This document shows, in pieces, positions 9,210 through 18,445 of a stretch of 64,000 nucleotides of DNA. Source of the stretch: an uncultured Gemmatimonadaceae bacterium (GTDB lineage: Bacteria > Gemmatimonadota > Gemmatimonadetes > Gemmatimonadales > Gemmatimonadaceae); NCBI GenBank assembly GCA_963761305.1, contig CAVXGK010000001.1, forward strand, positions 1,312,001-1,376,000, read 5' to 3'. The position numbers were made by a program, and so were the translations under genes. The notes under the pieces are model-generated. The model was given only the letters and a program-made list of their open reading frames with translations, was not told the DNA's origin and did not search any database. Position 1 is the stretch's first letter, and each line of letters starts with the position of its first letter.

Positions 9210-9360
9210 AACGGCTGGAACGGCAACGATTTCGCGGATTGAGCGGATTACGCGGAAAACCATTGAAGGATTTTTCAAAAGAATCTGTTATTTGTTGTTT
9301 CCGTGAAATCCGCCTCGTCCGCGAAATCGTTGCAGTTCAGCTGTTGCAGTTCCAGCCGTT
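9210..9360. repeat. Intergenic long palindromic element (CGGA-periodic arms)
   Basis: Perfect 16-bp inverted repeat 9223-9238/9318-9333 and perfect 12-bp inverted repeat 9210-9221/9349-9360 around an AT-rich loop; lies between convergent genes. Confidence 0.85.
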
Positions 9361-9373
9361 CTGTTTTTGGGTC

Positions 9374-10732
9374 CTAGGTGACATGCGGCAATGGCTCGAG
9401 GATTTCCACGACCTCCTCCTTCTTGAAAAAGCGCGCCCAGCCGAGCGGATCGGACTCGTGCATCGTGTCGCGGATCGTCGTATCGGCGCCGGCGGCGAGC
9501 AGAATCCGAACGACGTCGGCGTGACCGCCGCCCGCGGCGAGGTGGAGGGCCGTCACGTTCGTGCCCCACTCCGTCCAGATCCCGTTGACGTCGGCGCCAT
9601 GCTCGAGCAGCCACTGCACGGCGCGCGCGTCGTTTCGCATGGCCATCATGTGCAGCGCGCCGGAGCTCGTGCCTTGGGCGGACACGAGCTCGGGATTCGC
9701 GTTGACCAATCGGTCGGCCATGTCCCAGTCGCTCAGTGAGAGCGCCGCGACGAGGTCGATCATCGTGACGTTCGCCGAGCGATGACCGCGTATCGCGCTG
9801 TCGAACTCCGCGAGCGTCATCGTGCGAATCGCGTCGACGATCGGCCGGTCGATGCCCGGCGTGTGCGCGTAGGCCGACGGCGGGTTGCCGGCTGCGTCCA
9901 CCGCGAGTGGATCGGCTCCGAGTTGAATCAACAGCGCGACCATCTCGGGGCGATTCATGCGAATCGCGAAGTGCAGCGGCGACTGGTGATTCTCGTTGCG
10001 GCTCATTCGCTGGTTGAGCGCGCCGGCATTCGCCGCCACGATGCGACGCACTTCGTCCTCCAATCCCATCGCGATCGCCGAAAAGATGTGGTGCCGCGCG
10101 CCGCGGCTCACGAGAAAATCGGCGACCGCGCGATGGGCCGCGTCGTCGGAGCCTTCCCAGCACGTCGCCCAGCCGATGACCTCGAGCTGGTGGTCGTCAC
10201 CATGGCCGACGACGTCACCGCCCGCGTCGGCGAGCCGTCGCACAACGTCGAGCGCGCCCCCCGCCGCGGCCCAGTGCATCGCGTACGTATTGTCGCCTCG
10301 TTCGCGCGCGTTCACGTCGAGCCCGCGCTCGAGCAGCAGATTCACGCCGCCGAGGCTGTCTTTGTGTGCGGCCGATCCCTGTTCCTTGAAGGCCGCGGCG
10401 TGGAGCAGCGTCCACTCGTACGGCTTGTCGCGAATGAAACGCTTGTCGGGGTGCTCGTCGAGCAACGCGCGCAGTCGGGGCACGTCGCCCTTTTTCGCCG
10501 CGTCGAACAGCTGGCCGTCGACGCTGAGCGAGTCGACGTGCGCTTTGAGCGCGCGCCAGCTCGGGAAGCCGTACTGTTTCGCGATCTCGAATTGCGCTTC
10601 GGCGAGCTTCGCGTCGGGCTCGGCTTGCCGCAGCTCGGCGAGACGGCGCTTGGCTTCCTTGCGAAGCCACTCGAGATTGGGCGCGTCGGGCAACGCCGAC
10701 GGTGCGGACCCAGGGGTCGCGTCGGACATCAT
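9374..10732 (-). CDS. Ankyrin repeat protein with N-terminal helical domain
   Basis: Multiple TxLHxAA...LLxxGADVN repeats; N-terminal LPDAPNLEWLRKEAKRRL...AQFEIAKQYGFPSWRAL; GGAGG RBS. Confidence 0.92.
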   Translation of the reverse strand: MMSDATPGSAPSALPDAPNLEWLRKEAKRRLAELRQAEPDAKLAEAQFEIAKQYGFPSWRALKAHVDSLSVDGQLFDAAKKGDVPRLRALLDEHPDKRFIRDKPYEWTLLHAAAFKEQGSAAHKDSLGGVNLLLERGLDVNARERGDNTYAMHWAAAGGALDVVRRLADAGGDVVGHGDDHQLEVIGWATCWEGSDDAAHRAVADFLVSRGARHHIFSAIAMGLEDEVRRIVAANAGALNQRMSRNENHQSPLHFAIRMNRPEMVALLIQLGADPLAVDAAGNPPSAYAHTPGIDRPIVDAIRTMTLAEFDSAIRGHRSANVTMIDLVAALSLSDWDMADRLVNANPELVSAQGTSSGALHMMAMRNDARAVQWLLEHGADVNGIWTEWGTNVTALHLAAGGGHADVVRILLAAGADTTIRDTMHESDPLGWARFFKKEEVVEILEPLPHVT

Positions 10733-10874
10733 GCACCTCCATTCCTTGGAAAGGACCGAGTCCTTTCGAACCGCCCGCCGTCCGCGTTAGGGGCGAGGAA
10801 TAGAAGTTTGAATCTGAAAACGACAGGGTGGGTTGAACCCTTTACGCGGACCGTCGGCCGCCCTTCGCGGCCAT
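10733..10874 (-). ncRNA. Candidate structured cis-regulatory 5' leader RNA
   Basis: Three helices (10856-10872; 10780-10787/10844-10851; 10749-10767) between a predicted promoter and the ankyrin RBS. Confidence 0.55.
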
Positions 10875-10880
10875 GCCGGA

Positions 10881-10909
10881 ACGCTATGCGCGCCGGGACG
10901 AACGAACAA
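10881..10909 (-). promoter_or_regulatory. Sigma70-type promoter of the ankyrin gene
   Basis: TTGTTC-N17-TAGCGT on the minus strand. Confidence 0.55.
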
Positions 10910-10980
10910 GTGAGGCAGCCTCGTCCTCGCCTCTGCGGCGCGCTACTTTCGAGTCCTGACTCTCGACTAACGACTGCCGT

Positions 10981-11475
10981 TTGCCCCGCTCTCTGATAGT
11001 TCGCGCCGGCCTGTTCATTCTGATCGCCCCAGGCGCGATCGCCGGTTGGCTTCCCTGGTATCTCGCCGGCTCTCGACGCCCACGGCTCGACTCCCCGCTC
11101 GGCGTCATCGGCGCCGTCTTCGCGGTCCTCGGCTGGCTCGTGCTGCTCTGGTGCGCCCGCGACTTCGCCGTTCGCGGCCGCGGCACTCCCGCACCTTACG
11201 ATCCGCCGCGCCAGCTCGTCATGGACGGCCTCTACCGTTTCGTTCGCAATCCGATGTACGTCGCGATCGTGACCTCCGTCCTCAGTCAGGCCGCGATGTA
11301 TCGATCGCGGGCAGTCCTGTGGTACGCGGCGATCGTCGCGCTTTGCTTCCACTTGCGAGTTGTGTTGTACGAGGAGCCCAAGCTGACCGAATTGTTCGGC
11401 CAGTCCTTCGACGACTATCGGGGGCGCGTGCCGCGTTGGGTCCCGCTCGTTGCTCCGCGACGCCGAGCGCGGTAA
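10981..11475 (+). CDS. Isoprenylcysteine carboxyl methyltransferase / PEMT family membrane protein
   Basis: GRGTPAPYDPPRQLV.DGLYRFVRNPMY...EEPKL...YRGRVPRW. Confidence 0.88.
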   Translation: MPRSLIVRAGLFILIAPGAIAGWLPWYLAGSRRPRLDSPLGVIGAVFAVLGWLVLLWCARDFAVRGRGTPAPYDPPRQLVMDGLYRFVRNPMYVAIVTSVLSQAAMYRSRAVLWYAAIVALCFHLRVVLYEEPKLTELFGQSFDDYRGRVPRWVPLVAPRRRAR

Positions 11476-11525
11476 TTCTGAGGGATCGTCGCCCCTCCTC
11501 GGCGGCCCACTCGGTGAGGATTCGC

Positions 11526-12317
11526 ATGCGAAACGCCTTGATCACGCTCGCTCTCTGCGCCGTCGCCGCGCCCGCGGGCGCGCAGTTCACAACGACTTAC
11601 ACCGGCGTCCAACACGTGGGCGACAAGGACTATCCGGCGACCGCGATCTTCGCGATCGACAAGGGGCGGATCGCCATGATCATGACGGGCGCGAAGCACG
11701 TGCGCATGCTGTTCGACGACAAGGCCCAGGTGCTCCGCCTCGTGAACGAGGACGGCAAGCAATACTTCGACATCACGAAGGACACCCGGTCGTCCATGGA
11801 CCCGACCGGACAGATGGCGAGGATGCAGAAACAGCTCGAGGCGATGCCGAAGGAACAGCGGGCGATGGCCGAGTCGATGATGAAACAGGCGATGGCCAGC
11901 ATGTCCGCGCCGCAGGAGCAGCTCGTCTACAACTGGACGAACGACAAGCCGAAGATCGCCGGCTACGACTGCACGCGTGTCGAGGGCCTGCGCGGCGGGC
12001 GCAAGGTGACCGAGTACTGCGGCTCGACGTCGAGCGATTTCAAGCTCACCGACAACGACCGCCAGACCGTGCTCGACATGCAGAGCTATCTGCGGAATTT
12101 CCTGATCATGGTCAAGAACGGCGACGAATCGGCGCGCGCGTTCGCATGGGACACGAGCACGGACGGCTATCCGGTGCTCACGCGCTGTTTCGACAACGGC
12201 ACGATGACGCTCGAGCTGACGCTGGCGACGGTGAATCGAACGGGCCCGAGTGACGATCAGTTCAAGGTGGACGGCTTCAAGAAGATGGAGATGCCGAAGC
12301 CGCCGGGCGGGAACTGA
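11526..12317 (+). CDS. Secreted DUF4412-like protein
   Basis: Signal peptide MRNALITLALCAVAAPAGAQ; Met/Gln-rich helical insert; KIAGYDC motif; C-terminal FKVDGFKKM. Confidence 0.65.
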   Translation: MRNALITLALCAVAAPAGAQFTTTYTGVQHVGDKDYPATAIFAIDKGRIAMIMTGAKHVRMLFDDKAQVLRLVNEDGKQYFDITKDTRSSMDPTGQMARMQKQLEAMPKEQRAMAESMMKQAMASMSAPQEQLVYNWTNDKPKIAGYDCTRVEGLRGGRKVTEYCGSTSSDFKLTDNDRQTVLDMQSYLRNFLIMVKNGDESARAFAWDTSTDGYPVLTRCFDNGTMTLELTLATVNRTGPSDDQFKVDGFKKMEMPKPPGGN

Positions 12318-12323
12318 TCGACG

Positions 12324-12620
12324 ATGGGGGTCGTCTCGGAGTCGAAGGAGAGTTTGTCACAGAGGCGGTTCGCGCTTCCTCGGTCGACGATTGCCGCCGC
12401 CGCATGCGGGGGCGTCGTCGCTTACTTCGCCTCGGCGGGACATTCGCATCGCTCGATTGACCACGGAGTGACGACCAGCTTGGGAATCGCGATCGTTCTC
12501 GTGGCACTGGCCAACCCTCTCGCTGAGATCTCGGTCGAGGTGCAGAAGTGGACGAAGGCGTTCGGCATGATGGCGATCGGAGCGTCCCTAGGGCTTTTCA
12601 TACGAAACTGGATGGGGTGA
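12324..12620 (+). CDS. Hypothetical small membrane protein
   Basis: Three hydrophobic segments; fills the operon gap with 6-nt spacers on both sides. Confidence 0.5.
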   Translation: MGVVSESKESLSQRRFALPRSTIAAAACGGVVAYFASAGHSHRSIDHGVTTSLGIAIVLVALANPLAEISVEVQKWTKAFGMMAIGASLGLFIRNWMG

Positions 12621-12626
12621 CCACTC

Positions 12627-12962
12627 ATGGGCGCAACAGCTGCCGCAATCATCATCAAGCGTGAACGCGATCTCGTGGACCACTTTCGCCGCGCCGGCGC
12701 GACGAGTCCGCAGACCGCGCAAAGTCCCGCCGCACTCGGCGTCGAAACGCGACTAGCGTGGGACATCCTCGTGAACGGCGCGATCATTCGAACCGGCGCG
12801 AGCGGCACGTTCTATCTCGACGAGCCGTCGTGGGAGGCGATGGGCCGGCGCCGGCGGCGCCTCGCAATCGTCATCGCGGTCTTCGTGATGATCGTCGCGA
12901 TAGTCGTCGCGATCGGCGTTGGCGGGTTCGGGTACTTCCTCACGACGCCGTCGCGTCACTAG
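12627..12962 (+). CDS. Hypothetical tail-anchored membrane protein (winged-helix-like N-terminus)
   Basis: FRRAGATSP...GAIIRT..GTFYLDE followed by RRRRR and a single TM segment. Confidence 0.7.
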   Translation: MGATAAAIIIKRERDLVDHFRRAGATSPQTAQSPAALGVETRLAWDILVNGAIIRTGASGTFYLDEPSWEAMGRRRRRLAIVIAVFVMIVAIVVAIGVGGFGYFLTTPSRH

Positions 12963-12971
12963 AACGCGCCC

Positions 12972-13469
12972 GTGAGACGAATACTCGCATTCGCGGTCTT
13001 GCTGCTGTGCACGTATCTCGTGAGCCAGCGACTGCGAACGCGGCACCCGGTCCTCGACGTATCGTGGCAACACTCGATTCCGGCGATCGCGCCGCAGCCC
13101 GCGGCGCAGGGACTGGCCGCCGCCGCACCATTCGTCGACAGCCCGAGCATCGCCAACGCGATCGCGAGCCATGCGCGCGAGGTGCCGGTGAACGCGGCGG
13201 GCGTCGTGTCGCGTGTGCTCCCCGACGACCGCGAAGGAGAGCGACATCAGCGCGTCATCGTTCGCCTACCTTCCGGCACGACTGTGCTGATCGCGTACAA
13301 CATCGACATCGCGCCGCGCATCGAGGGGCTCCAGCCGGGAGCGCCCATCGCCTTCGCCGGTGAGTACGTGTGGAACCAGCAGGGCGGCGTCGTTCACTGG
13401 ACGCATCACGATCCGTCGGGCCACCACAAGACGGGCTTCGTGAAGTACAACGGCCGCACCTACGAATAG
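12972..13469 (+). CDS. DUF3465 family protein
   Basis: LPDDREGERHQR...NIDIAPRI...GEYVWN.QGGVVHWTHHDPSGHH. Confidence 0.88.
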   Translation: MRRILAFAVLLLCTYLVSQRLRTRHPVLDVSWQHSIPAIAPQPAAQGLAAAAPFVDSPSIANAIASHAREVPVNAAGVVSRVLPDDREGERHQRVIVRLPSGTTVLIAYNIDIAPRIEGLQPGAPIAFAGEYVWNQQGGVVHWTHHDPSGHHKTGFVKYNGRTYE

Positions 13470-13478
13470 CGAGGCGTC

Positions 13479-14243
13479 GTGCGCGTCGCGGCTCTTTACG
13501 ACATTCACGGCAACCTGCCGGCGCTCGACGCCGTGCTGGACGACGTCCGCCTCGCGGGCGCCGATCGCATCGTCATCGGCGGCGACGTGCTCCCCGGGCC
13601 GATGCCGCGCGAAACGCTCGACCGTCTGGCGCACGTCGACATTCCCACTGACTACATCGCCGGCAACGGCGACCGCGAAGTGCTCGCTCATCTCCGCGAA
13701 TCGGGAGGGGGAGGCTCGCTGCCGGACTCGTTCCGGCAAGTCATCGTCTGGACGGGACAGCAGCTTCGCTCGGCGGACGTCCAGTGGATCGACACGTGGC
13801 TGCCGACGCTGCGCCTCACGATCGACGGACTCGGCGACGTCCTCTTCTGCCACGCGACGCCGCGCAACGACGTCGAGATCTTCACGCGTCTCTCACCCGA
13901 CCACGTCGTACTTCCGATGCTCGCCGACGCGCAGGCGCCGACGGTCGTCTGCGGACACACGCACATGCAGTTCGATCGCACGTTCGGCGCGACGCGAGTC
14001 GTGAACGCCGGAAACGTCGGCATGCCGTTCGCCGAGCCCGGCGCGTACTGGCTCCTGCTCGGCCCAGGCGTCGAATTGCGACGAACGACGTACGACTTCG
14101 AACAAGCCGCGAGCAGGATCGCGGCGACCGACTATCCGCAGGCGAAGGAGTTCGCCGCGATGAACATCCTGTCGCCGACGCCGGAAGCCGAGATGCTCGA
14201 GCGAATGACGGCCGTCGCCTCGGCCGGCACGCATCGATCCTGA
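13479..14243 (+). CDS. Metallophosphoesterase (YfcE-like)
   Basis: DIHGN, GDV, GNGD, CHAT, GHTH, NAGNVG motifs. Confidence 0.9.
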   Translation: MRVAALYDIHGNLPALDAVLDDVRLAGADRIVIGGDVLPGPMPRETLDRLAHVDIPTDYIAGNGDREVLAHLRESGGGGSLPDSFRQVIVWTGQQLRSADVQWIDTWLPTLRLTIDGLGDVLFCHATPRNDVEIFTRLSPDHVVLPMLADAQAPTVVCGHTHMQFDRTFGATRVVNAGNVGMPFAEPGAYWLLLGPGVELRRTTYDFEQAASRIAATDYPQAKEFAAMNILSPTPEAEMLERMTAVASAGTHRS

Positions 14244-14257
14244 TATCATTGAGCGCG

Positions 14258-14860
14258 ATGACCATCCTGAAACAGCTCTTCGACAACAACCGGGCGTGGG
14301 CCGCCGAGGTGACGCGCCGCGACCCGGATTTCTTCCAGCGCCTCTCGAAGCAGCAGGCGCCGGAATATTTGTGGATCGGCTGTTCCGACAGCCGCGTGCC
14401 GGCGAACGAGATCGTCGGGCTCGCGCCGGGCGAGCTCTTCGTGCATCGCAACGTCGCCAACGTCGTCGTGCACGCGGATCTCAACTGTCTTTCGGTGATC
14501 CAGTTCGCGGTCGACGTGCTGAAGGTCAAGCACATCATCGTGTGCGGGCATCACGGCTGCGGCGGCGTGCGCGCCGCGCTGCACAACGACCGCGTCGGCC
14601 TCGCCGACAATTGGCTGCGCCACGTGCAGGACGTCTGGCGCACCTACCGCGCCCAGCTCGACGCGATTTCGGACGAGAAGAAGCGCGAGGACAAGCTCTG
14701 CGAGCTGAACGTCGCCGAGCAGGTGATCAACGTGTGTCAGACGACGGTCGTGCGCGACGCATGGGCGCGAGGGCAGCCGCTCGCGGTGCACGGATGGGTG
14801 TACGATCTGAGCGACGGGCTGCTGCAGGACCTGGGGATCACCGTCACCGCGGCCGACTGA
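14258..14860 (+). CDS. can: Beta-class carbonic anhydrase
   Basis: WIGCSDSRVP, FVHRNVAN, CGHHGCGGV, LCELNV. Confidence 0.95.
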   Translation: MTILKQLFDNNRAWAAEVTRRDPDFFQRLSKQQAPEYLWIGCSDSRVPANEIVGLAPGELFVHRNVANVVVHADLNCLSVIQFAVDVLKVKHIIVCGHHGCGGVRAALHNDRVGLADNWLRHVQDVWRTYRAQLDAISDEKKREDKLCELNVAEQVINVCQTTVVRDAWARGQPLAVHGWVYDLSDGLLQDLGITVTAAD

Positions 14861-14899
14861 GGCCAGATCGCTCTTCCCAGCCGGGTTGTCCCACAGTGC

Positions 14900-14950
14900 T
14901 TGCCCGGCGGCGGTCCGCCAAACATCTTCCCATTACCTGGTACGGGGAGA
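14900..14950 (+). promoter_or_regulatory. Promoter and palindromic operator upstream of padR
   Basis: TTGCCC-N17-CATCTT overlapped by the imperfect palindrome TCTTCCC...TACCTGGTA...GGGGAGA (14925-14950). Confidence 0.5.
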
Positions 14951-14959
14951 TGACCGCAC

Positions 14960-15292
14960 GTGGCAAATCGAACGCTCGACCTCCTTCAAGGCACGCTCGA
15001 CGTGCTCGTGCTCCGCACGCTCGCCGTCGGGGCGATGCACGGCTACGCCGTGTCGCGATCGATCCGCCAGCGCACTGACGGTGTGATCGACATCGAGGAC
15101 GCCCCGCTCTACAAGGCGCTGCACCGCCTCGAGCACGGCGGGTTCGTCGCCGCCGAGTGGGGGTTGTCGGAAAACAATCGCAAGGCGCGGTACTACGAGC
15201 TCACCACGGCGGGCCGTCGTCACCTGCGCACCGAAGAAGCGGTCTGGCGACGCTACGCGGCCGCCGTGTTCAAGGTGCTGGAGCCGGCGTGA
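14960..15292 (+). CDS. PadR family transcriptional regulator
   Basis: LLQGTLDVLVLRTL...MHGYAV...LYKALHRLE...WGLSENNRKARYYELT. Confidence 0.95.
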   Translation: MANRTLDLLQGTLDVLVLRTLAVGAMHGYAVSRSIRQRTDGVIDIEDAPLYKALHRLEHGGFVAAEWGLSENNRKARYYELTTAGRRHLRTEEAVWRRYAAAVFKVLEPA

Positions 15293-17950
15293 GTCGGCGC
15301 AGGAAGTTTTTCCGTCTGCCCTGGCGCACCAAGCGACAGATCCGCGCCGATCTCGAGACGGAGCTCTCGTTTCACCTCGACATGCGGGTCGACGCGCTCG
15401 TCGCGCTCGGCCATGTCGCCCGACGCCGCTCGCGCGCAAGCGATGCGCGAGTTCGGCGACATCGACGACGCGCGGCGCTACATCGGCGCCGTGGATTTCG
15501 ACACCGAAACCGCTCAACGGCGGAGTGAGTACATGCGCGACCTGTGGCAGGACATCGTCTACGCCGCGCGCAAGCTGCGCGCCTCGCCGGCCTTTACCGT
15601 CGCCGCGATCGTCACGCTGGCGCTCGGCATCGGTGCCACCACAGCGATCTTCTCCGTCGTCGATCGCGTGCTGCTCCAGCCGCCGCCGTTCTCGAATCCG
15701 GACCATCTCGTCCGCATTCGATTCTCGCAACAGGGCCACGGCGACGCCGGCACGCCGATGGACATGGTCGACTATCCGACGCAAGCCAAGGACTTCGTCG
15801 GCTTTTCCGTCCTGGATGGCTGGACGGCGAACGTCGTCCGCGAAACGGGAGACGCCGAGCGGGTGCAGGGCGTGCGCGTGGGCGCGAACTGGTTCGACTT
15901 GCTGCGCGTCAAGCCGCTACACGGGCGTTTCTTCCGCGAAGGCGAGGACAAGCTCGGCGCGCCGGACGTCGTCGTGCTCAGCGAACAACTCTGGCGCCGC
16001 GTGTTCGGCGCCAACGAGGGTGTGATCGGCAAGACGGTACGCATCAACTCGCGTCCGTTTACGATCATCGGCGTGGCGCCGGCCGGCGAACGCTATCCGT
16101 TCACCACCGAGCTCTGGGCGCCGCGTTCGTTCACCGCGCAGGAGCTGAGCGACGGATCGCGCGACGCGCGGTGGTTGGCCGTCGTGGCGCGGGTGAAGGA
16201 CGGCGTCTCCGTAGATGCGGCGAACAATGAAGTGCGGCTCATCTCCGAGTCGATGGAGCATCGGTTCCCGGAGGACTATCGGGAGCGCCGTGCGCGTGTG
16301 ATCAGCATACAGGAAGTCACCATCGGCGATCTGCGCAAGCCGCTCTACGTGATTTTTGCCGCCGTCGTGCTCGTGCTGCTCATCGCCTTCGCGAACGTCA
16401 CCAACCTGCTGCTCGTGCGCGCGTCGAGCCGCGAAACCGAGATGGCGATTCGCAGCGCGCTCGGCGCGGGACGCGGCCGGCTCGTGCGACAATTGATGAC
16501 AGAGAGCGTGATGCTCGCGGCGATCGGGACCGCGGCCGGCATCGGGTTCGCGAAGCTCGGGATGACGCTCCTCCTCGGACACGTGCCGCCCGGCCTCGTG
16601 CTGGTGAACGAGGCGTCGATCGACGGCCGTACGCTCGCACTCACGACGGTCGTCGCGGTGCTCAGCGGTTTGATCTTCGGCTCGCTCCCCGCGCTGCAGG
16701 TCGCCGGCGGCGGTGTCGCGACGACGCTTCGCGCGGGCGGGCGCGGGACGCAAGGCAAAACGATGACGAGCCGCGCCAAGCGCGCGATCGTCGTCGCCGA
16801 GTTGGCGCTCGCCGTCATGCTGCTCAGCGGCGCGGGACTTCTGCTCCGGAGCTTCAACCGGTTGATGTCGGTCGATCCGGGTTTCCGTCCCGAAGCCGTG
16901 ATGTCGATGAAGGTGTCGCTGCCGCAATCGGCGTACGATTCGACGAGCGAACGGAATTTCGTGCGGCAGGTGATGGAGCGGGCGAGCGCCCTTCCCGGCG
17001 CCACGAGCGCGGCGATGAGCAACTTCGTTCCGCTCGACGGGTCGACGTACGACTTCTCGTTCACGATCCGCGGCCGGCCGGCAGTGCGACCGAGCGACGA
17101 GCCGGACGCGCAAGTCCGGCAGGTCACGCCGAACTACTTCGCGACGCTTGGCGAGCCGGTCGTGCGCGGCCGCGCGATTCAGCCGAGCGACGCGCCGGGC
17201 GCGCCCAGCGTGTATGTCGTGAACCAGACGTTCGTGAAGCGCTTCTTCCCGAACGAGAATCCGATCGGCCAGTACATCAAGCTCGGATGGGGCGGCGATC
17301 CGAACGAGCCGTATTGCGAGATCGTCGGCGTCGTCGGCGACGTGCGGGGCAGCGGCCTCGGCGACGATCCGGTTTCGACGGTCTACGCGTCGCTCACCCA
17401 GCATCCCTTCTCGAACCTCACGATTCTCGTTCGCACTAGCGCGCCGCTGGCGTCGCTCGCGGCACCGCTGCGCGCCATCGTGCGCGATCTCGACCACGAC
17501 GTGCCCGTGTTCTCCGTGCAGACGATGGAGGAGCGCGTCGCGTCGTCGGTGGGGCGCGAGCGTTTCTACACGACGCTGGTCGCGATCTTCGCCGCCGTGG
17601 CGCTGGTGCTCGCCGCGGTCGGTCTCTACGGCGTCATCGCCTACGCGGTGAGTCAGCGGACGCACGAGTTGGGCGTGCGCGTCGCGCTCGGCGCGACGTC
17701 GCAGCGCATCTCGGCGATGGTGATTCGCGAGGGGCTCGCGCTCACCGCGGTCGGCGCGGCGATCGGCATCGTGGCGGCGCTTGGCGCCGGGAGCGTTGTC
17801 GCATCGCTCCTGTTCGGCGTCACGCCGCGTGACCCGATCACGCTCGTCGGAGTCGTCGTCGTGCTGGCGGCGGTCGCGATGCTCGCGAGTTGGCTGCCGG
17901 CTCGCCGCGCCGCGCGCGTCGACCCGTTGGTGGCGATGCGCGGAGAGTAA
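15289..17950 (+). CDS. ADOP-type ABC transporter permease (duplicated MacB-PCD/FtsX); +1 frameshift near 15411
   Basis: GTGA overlap with padR; ELSFHLDMR in one frame continuing as MSPDAARAQAMREFGD in another; TLALGIGATTAIFSVV; RTHELGVRVALGA; PARRAARVDP. Confidence 0.9.
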
Positions 17951-18047
17951 GCGGCGACCCGTCGCTGGCAGCGAGCGGAGCTCGGCGCGTATCGCGGCCG
18001 CTGATTGCGTCGCCGGCCCCGAAGACGCTAATTACGAGCTGAGCCGC

Positions 18048-18119
18048 GAGAGGCGAGAGAGAAATCTGACGTCAGAAATCAGATATCTGACGTCAGACGT
18101 CTTGTGGTTGTCGCCTCTC
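18048..18119. repeat. Heptamer-periodic palindromic element
   Basis: TCTGACGTCAGA twice (18065, 18086) inside the inverted repeat GAGAGGCGA/TCGCCTCTC. Confidence 0.7.
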
Positions 18120-18142
18120 CGTCAACCGGTCACGGGGGAGCG

Positions 18143-18445
18143 ATGAAGATTCTTCAGGTCGTGCCGAGGGCTGACAGCGAGGAGAGTCTCAAGGCGCTCC
18201 TCAAGGCAAAGCTGCGCGCACTGCGCGCGCGGCCGACGGCGTTCCGCCGCAAGGCCGAGGGCAAGCTGGCGCACGTGAAGTATCCCGGCTGGATTCGCTG
18301 GGATGAGACCCTGGGCGGCATCCTCGTCGCCGAGATTCACACCAAGGACGAGAGCTCGGAGTGGCTCCTGCTGCGCGCCTTCGTCGGCTATCTCGAGCGC
18401 CATCTACGCGAAAACATCGAAAACATCACCATCACCTACCGATGA
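18143..18445 (+). CDS. Hypothetical protein
   Basis: Good codon usage; ATGA overlap with the next gene. Confidence 0.75.
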   Translation: MKILQVVPRADSEESLKALLKAKLRALRARPTAFRRKAEGKLAHVKYPGWIRWDETLGGILVAEIHTKDESSEWLLLRAFVGYLERHLRENIENITITYR

